Below, one piece after another: positions 9,601 to 17,594 of a stretch of 25,967 nucleotides of DNA (positions are counted from its first letter, which is position 1; every line of letters begins with the position of its first letter). The notes below the pieces were generated by a model that saw only the letters and a list, made by a program, of their open reading frames with translations, was not told the origin of the DNA and searched no databases. Location: NCBI GenBank assembly GCA_040235515.1, contig JBECKX010000198.1, positions 1 through 25,967 of the forward strand, written 5' to 3'. The stretch comes from Candidatus Zixiibacteriota bacterium. GTDB taxonomy: Bacteria; Zixibacteria; MSB-5A5; CAIYYT01. The position numbers and the translations under genes are program-made.

Positions 9601-12600
9601 TTGGCATGAGCAACGCCGGCGGTTCGATCGCTGATATGACGGTACAGAATATCGAAGATGCTCCTTTCAGCGGCTCACAGCATGGGCTGGGGGTGTTTGT
9701 GACAGCGTACGATCCCCCGGCTCGAGCTGTGGCCGTCACCAACTGCACCGTCACCGAATTCCAGAAGAATGGCATCACCGGGCTCGGTAGCTATCTCACC
9801 CTGGACGTGACGGATTGTGATGTCACAGGCGAAGGGCCTACTCCGACAATCGCCCAGAACGCGTTGCAGTATGGCTCCGGCGCAGGCGGCAACGCGACGA
9901 ATTGCCAGCTGGCGGACGTCGCCTACACCGGCGCAACCTGGACATCCACCGGATTCCTGGTACAGAGCGACGGGACAGTCGTCGCCGAGAACATTGATAT
10001 CTCTGGCTGTCAGACCTCCGTTTATTGGATCGATGGAAGTGGCAGCTTCAGCAATGGTTCCATCACAAGCCCGGCAGGCGGCGATGGCTTCTACGCCTAC
10101 AGTTCTTCAGGCTCGAAATCCGCCACTCAACCCCGCAGGTTGTCGCAAGGAATCGATCCCGGTTATGTACCGGCCACGAAAGCCACAAACAACGTTTTGC
10201 TTTCCGCTACAGTGTTAACCGGTGTCGATCTGACCGATAGCTGGGGCGTCGGCGCATTCGCAGCCGGCGGTGGTGATGTTACACTCACGATCGAAGAGTG
10301 TGAAATCAGCCACTGGGACTATAACATCGCCGCCTACGACTACGGCGACCCCGTCCACCTGACCGTGTACAACAACAGCCTCACCGATGCCGGCACCTGG
10401 AATCTCTGGTCGAATCTGGCTGCACAAACGGTGGACGCATCAGGAAACTGGTATGGCATCGCGACTGCCGCAGGTGTCGCAGCGCTGATCGATGGTGATG
10501 TTGACTATACTCCCTGGCTCGCCGATGGAACAGACCAGAGCGGAGCGGCAGGATTCCAGGGCGACTTCAGCGAACTGTGGGTTGATGATGACTCCCCGCA
10601 GGTTGGCGCCGTGACGAGAATTCAGGAGGGCGTTGACAGGGTAACAGGCTCCACGGTCAATGTCGCACCCGGTTCCTATGAGGAGCAGGTGGTGATCACC
10701 AAAGATGACCTGAACCTCCTCGGCGCTGGATTCGGAACGGATCCCAATCTCAACACGATCGTCACCTCGCCTGTAAGCCTCGCCTACTTCTTCAGTACCG
10801 GCAACAACAACTATCCGGTGATTGGAATCGACGGCGCGACAGGAGTCACAATCGACAACATCCGCCTCGATGGCGCCGGGCGCGCCAATGGCAACTATCG
10901 TTTCGTCGGTATCGGCTTCTGGAACGCTGATGGCACCGTCTCCAACAGCGTCATCACTGGAATTATCGAAACCCCATTCACCGGTTCCCAGCATGGCAAC
11001 GGCATCTATGCCTACAACAACACCGGTGGACCTTACACGATCGATGTCGTCAACTGCACGATTGACAACTTCCAGAAGAATGGCATCACGCTCCTCGGTA
11101 CGGGTCTCACGGCCAACGTCACGAACTGCACCGTAACCGGTGCGAGCGCGACAGCAACCATCGCTCAAAATGGAATCCAGCTGGGCTATGGTTCAGGGGG
11201 AACGATCACCGACTGCAATGTTGCAGGGTATACCTACACGCCCGCAACCTACTATTCCACCGGAATCTTGCTGTACGAGGGAACGTCCGTCGATATCACA
11301 GGCACTGACATTGACGATGCCCAGGCAAGCATCTACTATCTCAATACTTCGGGTACGATTGATGACTGCACCATCACCAACCCGACCGCAGAAGGTGTCT
11401 TCATCGATGCCTATAGTGCGAAGAGTAACGGTAGTCGCGGTCTGGCGCCGGATGCAATGTTAGAAGCGGGATTCACGGACTTCTCCCGTGCGGCGGTTGT
11501 CGTCGACATAACTGACACCGATTTTCTCGGCGCTAACCTGCCGGGGATCGCCGGACTCTATCCCTGGCCTGAGGATGATCTCACGCTCAATGTCACCGGT
11601 TGCATTTTCAGCGACTGGGATACCGGCATGTTCTTCGAAGACCAGGGCGGAGTCTTTACAGTCACCGCCAACGGCAATACTTTTCTCGGCAATCTCACGG
11701 GTATTGAATCAACAACGTCAGCGCCTGTCGACGCCACATGCAACTGGTGGGGGGATATCTCCGGGCCGTTCCACGCTACGACAAACCCCTCCGGCCTGGG
11801 TGATCCCACTACAGACAATGTGACCTACCAGCCCTGGAGCAACGACGACTTCAGCTCTTGTACCTTTACCTCCGGTCCGCTGGAGGTCTGGGTCGACGAT
11901 GACTACACCGGCGGCGGCGGGGCAGGTGGACATACCTTCGGCTACGACGCATTCGACAAGGTCGCCGATGCGGTCTTCGCAGTTGGTGACGGTGGAATTG
12001 TCCATGTCGCTGAGGGCACGTACAACGAAGCTGATATCGAGATCAACAAACAGATGACACTGACCGGAGTTGTTGACGCAACCTGCCCCGGTGCCGGTGC
12101 GAACGCTCCGGTAATGGATGGTACCGGCCTCGGTCAGCACGCTCGCTGCTTCAAACTCGCAGCGGGAATCGACAATGTCACTATCGAAGGCTTCAATATC
12201 CAGAACTACGGCACCGCGCCGGGAACGGGTGGCGGCGCCTGTGGAATCTGGGCCTACGGCAATGACGCCGACCCGATGACCAACATCACGATTCGCAACA
12301 ATCGCTTCGATGCCGTCATCTGGGCGGCGATCTTCTTCTTCAACGATGGCCAGAGCGCATTCGACAACATCCAGATCAGCTGCAACGACGTCAACATGGG
12401 AACCTGGTCGTCGAACACCAATGTCTATGGCATCGAGTGTACCAACTGCCAGAACTCGACTGTCGCGGACAACGATATCAGCGGCGGATTCACCGGCATC
12501 CTGGTAACAGCGCAGGGGCGTACCGATCCGGCGGTTGTCAGCAATATCCAGATCCTCAATAACACGGTTTCCGGATCGGTAGGCTACACCGGCAATATCG

Positions 12601-13985
12601 GTCTGAACTCGTGGAATGACGGTCAATCGGCGCACATCGAGAACATTACCTTGAACGGCAACACGGTCAAGGATGCCACCGATGTCGGCTTCGGCTCGTT
12701 CGGAATTCGTTGTTATGCCAGCGGTGGTACCTTTGCCGGGCCGGTCACTGTCAATGGAAATGCCTTCTCCAACAATGGTGTCGCGATCGACAACGGCACG
12801 ACCGTCATGTGGAATGCGGAAGAGAACTGGTTCGGCGACAAGAGCGGACCGCTGCATTCCACTACCAACAGCACAGCGACCGGTGATGAAGTCTCCGACA
12901 ACGTTGATTACTCGCCCTGGTGGGGATTCAATTATGTCGGAAATGCCCACACCGGTGGCTGGTATCGTGGTGTAAACACCTCCAACGGCTCAGGTATACA
13001 GGAGGGCGTTGATGTTTCATCGGCAACGGTTCGCGACACGATCGTGGCCAATGAAGGTACCTACGTCGAACGAGTGAATTTCCTCGGTAAGAACGTGCTG
13101 GTTGGAAGCAGGTACTTGCTCGACAATGATCTCGCTCACCTGCAGGCGACCACCATTGATGCCGACCCGAATATCCTCGGATTCTCGACGGAAGGCAGCG
13201 CGGTCAGCTTCAAGAATGGTGAGGGCGCGCTGGCACGCCTGCTCGGGTTTACGATTCGAAACGGAATCGGTACACACACATCAGTCCGCGCCAATTCCAG
13301 AGGCGGCGGCATCTACTGCGAGGGCAGCACTCCTCTCGTTCAGCGCTGCGTGATTCACTCCAACACCGCAGCCGGCGGCGGCGCGATCGCCTGCGTCGAT
13401 GCAAGCCCGACCTTTGACTTCATCACCATGTCAGCGAATGATGCGGCGCTTGGGAGCGGAGTCTACTGTTCCAACTCGTCACCCGTATTCAGCAACTCGG
13501 TCATCTCATTCAACCTGGATGGCGAAGCTGTCTATTGTGACGATGGCGCCTCGTCGCCCACCTTCTCCTGCAGCGACATCTTCGGCAACGACGGTGGCGA
13601 CTGGATTGGCTGCATCGCCGGTCAGGCATCGATGGCGAACAATCTGAGAACCAATCCGCTCTTCTGCGACGCCGACGCGGCTGACTATACCATCTCCGAT
13701 ATCTCTCCGCTCGCGGTTGGGAACAACCCATGTTCGCAACTGATCGGAGCGCTCGATGTCGCCTGCACCGGCGGGTATCTCTGCGGTGACGTTGAGCCGA
13801 GCGGCGCGGTCACGATCTCGGACGCCGTCTACATCGTCAACTATATCTTCGGCGGCGGACCGGCGCCCAACCCGCTTCAGGCCGGCGACGTCGATTGCAG
13901 CGGCGGCGTTTCGATCACGGATGCCGTCTACATCGTCAACTATATCTTTGGCGGCGGACCTGTTCCGTGCGCTAATTGTCCGTAA
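6633..13985 (+). CDS. Giant (~2450 aa) secreted protein: Asp-box N-terminal domain, five right-handed parallel beta-helix (pectin-lyase-like) modules, C-terminal dockerin
   Basis: ATG at 6633 after GGAGGGAGG (6614-6622) gives signal peptide MKKLKVLLLVTSLYSLTAMG, preferred over TTG 6612; repeated module starts (W)VDDD..IQEGVD..GTY.E and ends NW[YWF]G..VDY.PW; Asn/Cys-ladder repeats; twin GDV..SG.V.I[ST]DAVYIVNYIFGGGP dockerin. Confidence 0.9.
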   Translation: MKKLKVLLLVTSLYSLTAMGATVEVSPPFQITSDTFYERGQAIVYDGSDYFLFYGRSTTVTGNYQNDTPDTHDYEVYFKKAASVPGLASATPTKVVSAKSPVNSYLGECGAAYFGGDVWVFATLDADPGSSGSDADLYGWWSGDGGSSWNQVTLPFAGLNDGQAHHDEISFGGKLWILEGAGDFTTRNSASPKSGPWSAAKTVGSLTGGLAKFFVDGADLYVGLYSAGTSYIYHWNSGTETWDLTDSAAMARSYDPTLFKLGSDYVWVNAPLPADFSYQWLEARTSSSLSGLLSSSTPKSVTMGGYGTNTFTEMWPIGFVDNDGDAYIFFTSERDNLDPATEGTGNIWAMEIVWDPGNDHYTWVANAVANAAAGDDISIYNGTYFESNILLDKELSLTGESEAGVLLAPVGEDDNDNSSFGMTYQHCFIVDADNVSISTLTIDGQGNPALTAGKNNYRAGIITQDLANYDATQVTSVSVLNPYYRGIYLRLTDVDGLIDDCTVDNLVAPVYHSYGILTLGDVTISNCSVSNITGDIYARAIGTAYGDIVVSDNFVSNTGDGLYHFNYGYPTKTLTMTGNEVVNAVTGMNLVGMTATTVIGGPAAADQNTIDLVSVKSNAQHQLTAAIDPTLPSPSGLTEPLVSAEKSAGADIGILVWYTNYSATIENNEVTCTAGDAGMWIFHDEDSLNPLIVKDNIFTATASDGTNKGEGTGIFMTDDGDFLGDENGTNYAVLDGNQITGFARGVDLYRNAATPVTGRDVNIEFNNNILHNNGIGLLTNGGRVNSCSNNTFTGSGTAAIQVTTGLVDGKVYGLTENSIFVLGGLSIDNQTGALIDAPGNWYGDATPSVVATKVSSDVDYSPWLGSGTDVADPGFQSDFLTLWVDDDSPQAAAATVIQEGVDLAPGGGTVHVADGTYEEQVEIAKDLSLIGQSRAGTILQSPTSLTAYFNSGGGDNYPILYAHDADAISLSGMTVDGLGRGNTNYRFVGVGMSNAGGSIADMTVQNIEDAPFSGSQHGLGVFVTAYDPPARAVAVTNCTVTEFQKNGITGLGSYLTLDVTDCDVTGEGPTPTIAQNALQYGSGAGGNATNCQLADVAYTGATWTSTGFLVQSDGTVVAENIDISGCQTSVYWIDGSGSFSNGSITSPAGGDGFYAYSSSGSKSATQPRRLSQGIDPGYVPATKATNNVLLSATVLTGVDLTDSWGVGAFAAGGGDVTLTIEECEISHWDYNIAAYDYGDPVHLTVYNNSLTDAGTWNLWSNLAAQTVDASGNWYGIATAAGVAALIDGDVDYTPWLADGTDQSGAAGFQGDFSELWVDDDSPQVGAVTRIQEGVDRVTGSTVNVAPGSYEEQVVITKDDLNLLGAGFGTDPNLNTIVTSPVSLAYFFSTGNNNYPVIGIDGATGVTIDNIRLDGAGRANGNYRFVGIGFWNADGTVSNSVITGIIETPFTGSQHGNGIYAYNNTGGPYTIDVVNCTIDNFQKNGITLLGTGLTANVTNCTVTGASATATIAQNGIQLGYGSGGTITDCNVAGYTYTPATYYSTGILLYEGTSVDITGTDIDDAQASIYYLNTSGTIDDCTITNPTAEGVFIDAYSAKSNGSRGLAPDAMLEAGFTDFSRAAVVVDITDTDFLGANLPGIAGLYPWPEDDLTLNVTGCIFSDWDTGMFFEDQGGVFTVTANGNTFLGNLTGIESTTSAPVDATCNWWGDISGPFHATTNPSGLGDPTTDNVTYQPWSNDDFSSCTFTSGPLEVWVDDDYTGGGGAGGHTFGYDAFDKVADAVFAVGDGGIVHVAEGTYNEADIEINKQMTLTGVVDATCPGAGANAPVMDGTGLGQHARCFKLAAGIDNVTIEGFNIQNYGTAPGTGGGACGIWAYGNDADPMTNITIRNNRFDAVIWAAIFFFNDGQSAFDNIQISCNDVNMGTWSSNTNVYGIECTNCQNSTVADNDISGGFTGILVTAQGRTDPAVVSNIQILNNTVSGSVGYTGNIGLNSWNDGQSAHIENITLNGNTVKDATDVGFGSFGIRCYASGGTFAGPVTVNGNAFSNNGVAIDNGTTVMWNAEENWFGDKSGPLHSTTNSTATGDEVSDNVDYSPWWGFNYVGNAHTGGWYRGVNTSNGSGIQEGVDVSSATVRDTIVANEGTYVERVNFLGKNVLVGSRYLLDNDLAHLQATTIDADPNILGFSTEGSAVSFKNGEGALARLLGFTIRNGIGTHTSVRANSRGGGIYCEGSTPLVQRCVIHSNTAAGGGAIACVDASPTFDFITMSANDAALGSGVYCSNSSPVFSNSVISFNLDGEAVYCDDGASSPTFSCSDIFGNDGGDWIGCIAGQASMANNLRTNPLFCDADAADYTISDISPLAVGNNPCSQLIGALDVACTGGYLCGDVEPSGAVTISDAVYIVNYIFGGGPAPNPLQAGDVDCSGGVSITDAVYIVNYIFGGGPVPCANCP
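13813..13960 (+). repeat. Nucleotide-level direct repeat encoding the two dockerin halves
   Basis: 13813-13861 versus 13912-13960: 46 of 49 nt identical, offset 99 nt (33 codons). Confidence 0.9.
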
Positions 13986-14009
13986 CCTCCGTTCTAAGGT
14001 TCGGAGCAT

Positions 14010-14045
14010 GTGGGGAGCTGTTCGCGAGGACAGCTCCCCGCTTTT
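14010..14045 (+). terminator. Intrinsic terminator after the giant gene
   Basis: GTGGGGAGCTGTTC - GCGA loop - GGACAGCTCCCCGC followed by TTTT. Confidence 0.8.
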
Positions 14046-14221
14046 GCTATAATTAAGAGATTTCGTAGCCGGGGCACGCCTCAACCGCCACCTTCTACCT
14101 GCCGAGAAAACCACTGGCGAAATAGAATTTAATCTCTATTTTGGCGTCCAACAGGTCGTGTCCGGGCAGAACGGATCGGCGCGTTGCTCACCTTTGTCAT
14201 TGAAGTCGGAGAAATCGCGAA

Positions 14222-16297
14222 GTGCCATCGCGCGAGAGGAAACGCACCTTAATCAGTAAACCGCGGCAGCCGGTTGTCGCTTTCGGAAGAGGAATTTGTG
14301 GCCTGCTGCGCGCCGCCGAGAGGCGCGAATGGCTCGTCACCAATGCGATCGGCGGTTTTGCCTCCGGTACCGTCGCAGGCAGTCTCACTCGCCGCTATCA
14401 CGGTCTTCTCTTCGCCGCACTCAACCCACCTCTGGGCAGAACACTGCTCGTTACCAAACTCGATGAACTGGTAGAATACGACGGCGAGGAACACGAACTG
14501 TTTACCAACCGCTGGCGTGATGATGTCATCGCCCCGGAAGGCTACTACTATACCGAAAGCTTCCACCTCGAACACCTCGCGCCAACCTGGCGCTTTGCCT
14601 TCGGTGACGCTCTGCTTGAGAAGCGAATCTGGATGGAGCAGGGCAAGAACACAACCTATGTTCGCTACAACCTCCTGCGCGCCATCAATCCCGTAACTCT
14701 GACCCTGAAAGCCCTCGTCAACTACCGCGATTTCCATGATACCACCAAGGCGGACAGCTGGAAATTCGAGTGCGAGAAACTGAAACATGGCCGCAAATTC
14801 GTCGCCTTCGAGGGTGCCACCCCATTCTATCTGCTCTCGCCGACCGCGACATTTCGGGACTCCCACGTCTGGGTGCATAACTTTAACTTGAAGCTCGAAC
14901 GGAACAGGGGGCTGGCGGATCTGGAAGATCATCTTCATGTCGGCAATTTCACTGTTGAACTCACTGAGGGTGATAGTGTAACGATTGTGGCATCCACGCA
15001 CGAGGATGCGCTGGAGCTGGAATCGTCGGCGTTCGATCGGCACCGCGAGCGGGAAGAAAACATTCTCTACGATTTCAAAGTACATGGTGGCGGATCGAGT
15101 CGAACCACTCCGGCATGGATCAAACAACTCGTGCTCGCCGCCGACCAGTTCGTCGTGAGCCGACCCACACGCGACGACCCCGACGGCAAATCGATCATCG
15201 CCGGTTACCCCTGGTTCAGCGATTGGGGGCGTGCGACGATGGTCAGCCTGACCGGACTGACGCTCACGACAGGCAGACCCCACATCGCCCGCAGGATTCT
15301 GAAAACCTTTTCCGAGTATGTGGACAGGGGAATGTTGCCCAACCATTTCCCCGATGAGGGAGAACTACCGGAGTACAATACCGTTGATGCCTCACTCTGG
15401 TACTTCGAAGCCTTGCGACAATATATCGAGCGTACCGCTGACATGGATCTGCTCTTCGAGCTCTATCCGATTCTAGTCGGCATCATCGATTGGTATATCA
15501 AAGGCACTCGCTTTCGTATCAAGGTGGACCGGGAGGATGGCCTGCTCTTCGCCGGTGAGGATGGTATGCCGGTGACCTGGATGGATGCCAGAGCGGGTGA
15601 TTGGGTTGTAACTCCTCGAATCGGCAAAGCGGTGGAGGTGAATGCCCTCTGGCTGAATGCTCTCAACTCGATGACGGAATTCTCCAATAAACTCGGTGAG
15701 AAACCGGATATGTACATCGAACGGCGGGATAAGTGTGCCGCCAGCTTCTCCAAGTTCTGGAATGAAGCGGACGGATGCTGTTTCGACGTCATCGACACAC
15801 CCGCCGGCAAGGATGCGTCGATCAGGCCGAATCAGATATTCGCCGTAGCCCTTCCATTCTCCCCTCTGACGAAAGAGCAACAGCGCAAAGTGGTCAGTGT
15901 CTGCGCCCGGCAACTCCTCACCTCATACGGCCTGCGTACACTGGCGCCCGGCGAACCCAACTACTTCGGCAAGTACACAGGTCCGGAAGGAAGCCGCGCC
16001 AGCGCCTATCATCAGGGCACCGCCTGGGGTTGGTTGCTCGGTCCCTTTGTACAGGCACACCTGCGCGTGTTCAAGGACCGCGTGACCGCCATGTCATTCC
16101 TCGAACCGATTGCGCATCAGCTGCGCGGAAGCGGGCTCGGGAAAGTCAGCGAACTCTTCGATGGTGATCCGCCGTACTGGCCCCGTGGCTGTATCTCTCA
16201 AGCCTGGAGCGTCGGTGAAATCCTGCGCGCCTGGGAGGTGCTGCACTCGCGCAAATCGACTAGGAGAAGCGCACGATCAGCAAAGCCAGGGAGATAA
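14222..16297 (+). CDS. Glycogen debranching enzyme / amylo-alpha-1,6-glucosidase (GDE_N + GDE_C)
   Basis: REWLVTNAIGGFASGT, RRYHGLL, AGYPWF, YNTVDA, TWMDA, GKAVEVNALW, RPNQ, GLRTL, YHQG, SELFDG, QAWS; GTG start with GGAG at 14208-14211. Confidence 0.92.
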   Translation: MPSRERKRTLISKPRQPVVAFGRGICGLLRAAERREWLVTNAIGGFASGTVAGSLTRRYHGLLFAALNPPLGRTLLVTKLDELVEYDGEEHELFTNRWRDDVIAPEGYYYTESFHLEHLAPTWRFAFGDALLEKRIWMEQGKNTTYVRYNLLRAINPVTLTLKALVNYRDFHDTTKADSWKFECEKLKHGRKFVAFEGATPFYLLSPTATFRDSHVWVHNFNLKLERNRGLADLEDHLHVGNFTVELTEGDSVTIVASTHEDALELESSAFDRHREREENILYDFKVHGGGSSRTTPAWIKQLVLAADQFVVSRPTRDDPDGKSIIAGYPWFSDWGRATMVSLTGLTLTTGRPHIARRILKTFSEYVDRGMLPNHFPDEGELPEYNTVDASLWYFEALRQYIERTADMDLLFELYPILVGIIDWYIKGTRFRIKVDREDGLLFAGEDGMPVTWMDARAGDWVVTPRIGKAVEVNALWLNALNSMTEFSNKLGEKPDMYIERRDKCAASFSKFWNEADGCCFDVIDTPAGKDASIRPNQIFAVALPFSPLTKEQQRKVVSVCARQLLTSYGLRTLAPGEPNYFGKYTGPEGSRASAYHQGTAWGWLLGPFVQAHLRVFKDRVTAMSFLEPIAHQLRGSGLGKVSELFDGDPPYWPRGCISQAWSVGEILRAWEVLHSRKSTRRSARSAKPGR

Positions 16298-16331
16298 TTG
16301 AGACCAGGAAGAACGCTGCAAAAGTGAGGCG

Positions 16332-17489
16332 CTATTCCACCGGCTGTGTCAATGGTTCGAGCGCGGTGTTCTTCGTGATTGTGAATCTGTTGCCGCGCCA
16401 TACAATCTGACGGTCAAAGAAGGGGACGAACCAGATACCGATCATGATGGCATCCTTTACAGGTAACAGCAGATAGTGCCATACCTTCAGGTCCGATTTG
16501 AGCATCCGCAGCATGATGATATCACACAGATACTTCGAGAGCATGATGACCGCGAAAACGCGCACACCTTTGATGTCATGCCGGAACAGCAGATACACAG
16601 CCGAGAGCATGAGTGGATGGGACAGAATCTCTGCTATGTAATTCGGCAGGTCGAGGTTACGTCGCAGCTTCGCCCAGCGCACATGCCGATTGAGGAACTT
16701 ACTCCAACTCCAGGACTCGTTGATGTTGTTGATCCAGTGAGTTGAGGCACGTACTTTCAGACCCAGCTCTCGCACCGCCATGCCGATCAATTGATCCTCG
16801 GCGAGGAAATCAGCGAACGCCTCGAATCCACCGATCCGCAGCAGCGTTTGTTTCCGCAACAACATCGATTTTCCGATCACGATCGGCACCTTGAAGAGGC
16901 GTCGCACCGCGAAAACGCTGGAGGCGACGAATGAGTTCAGATGCAGGTTCTCCAGCAAGCCCGCAACGGTTCGGGCAGACTCGCCGCGAATGGTGGAAGT
17001 CACCAGCCCAACATCTCGCTTCTGCAGATAACTCATCATATTCGATAAGTATTCCGGCCTCACGCGCACATTGCTGTCGCTGATCAGCAAATAGTGGTAT
17101 CTGGCGAGGGGGTACATGTTTCGCAAGTTTGCGATCTTCGGATTGAGTCCGGCAACGCGCGTGTCGACGACAAGTCTGGCTTCAATCGCCGGGTACTCCG
17201 CAATCAGTTTCTTTACTATCTCAATGGCCGGATCATCCGTCTCAGCTACGCCGAAAATCAACTCGTACTTCGGGTAGCGCAATTGGAAGAACGACCGCAA
17301 GTTCAACTCCAGCTGGTCATCCATACCCTTGAGTGGCTTGAATATCGTAACAGGGGGGCTCACCCGAGGTGGCTTGCTGCTGCGAGTGTTCAGCTTCAGT
17401 TCGTATGCCGCAATGATTGTCGCAATTACAGCATACCCACCGCTGAACGCCAGGGCAGCGATCAGAATGATCTCGATAGACTCTTTCAA
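16332..17489 (-). CDS. GT2-fold glycosyltransferase, GT21/ceramide glucosyltransferase (HpnI-like)
   Basis: N-terminal TM helix; VTIFKPLKG, YELIFGV...DPA, NPK..NL, ISDSN, LAED, RHVRW, C-terminal TM helices and WRG; TTG start after GGAG. Confidence 0.88.
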   Translation of the reverse strand: MKESIEIILIAALAFSGGYAVIATIIAAYELKLNTRSSKPPRVSPPVTIFKPLKGMDDQLELNLRSFFQLRYPKYELIFGVAETDDPAIEIVKKLIAEYPAIEARLVVDTRVAGLNPKIANLRNMYPLARYHYLLISDSNVRVRPEYLSNMMSYLQKRDVGLVTSTIRGESARTVAGLLENLHLNSFVASSVFAVRRLFKVPIVIGKSMLLRKQTLLRIGGFEAFADFLAEDQLIGMAVRELGLKVRASTHWINNINESWSWSKFLNRHVRWAKLRRNLDLPNYIAEILSHPLMLSAVYLLFRHDIKGVRVFAVIMLSKYLCDIIMLRMLKSDLKVWHYLLLPVKDAIMIGIWFVPFFDRQIVWRGNRFTITKNTALEPLTQPVE

Positions 17490-17594
17490 AAGCGATCTCC
17501 AACTAGAGAATCCGGCTCTTCCGAATTCATCGGTAGCTATTAACCGCCCGCTTATTCAACCGGTTTTAGAATTTTGTTCGGATTCGATAAGGAG

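Noticed and set aside
7512..12950. Long antisense ORFs inside the giant gene (7512-8168, 10440-11168, 11718-12950)
   Set aside because: Shadow frames expected from GC-biased codon usage of the sense gene; no domain motifs
13813..13960. Near-identical repeat pair as a CRISPR array or DGR template/variable repeat
   Set aside because: Only two in-frame copies, both coding dockerin halves; mismatches are not adenine-specific; no reverse transcriptase or cas gene in the window
5819..14045. Genomic island integrated at tRNA-Leu carrying the giant gene
   Set aside because: No integrase or transposase, and no duplicated tRNA 3' end (att site) seen in the window
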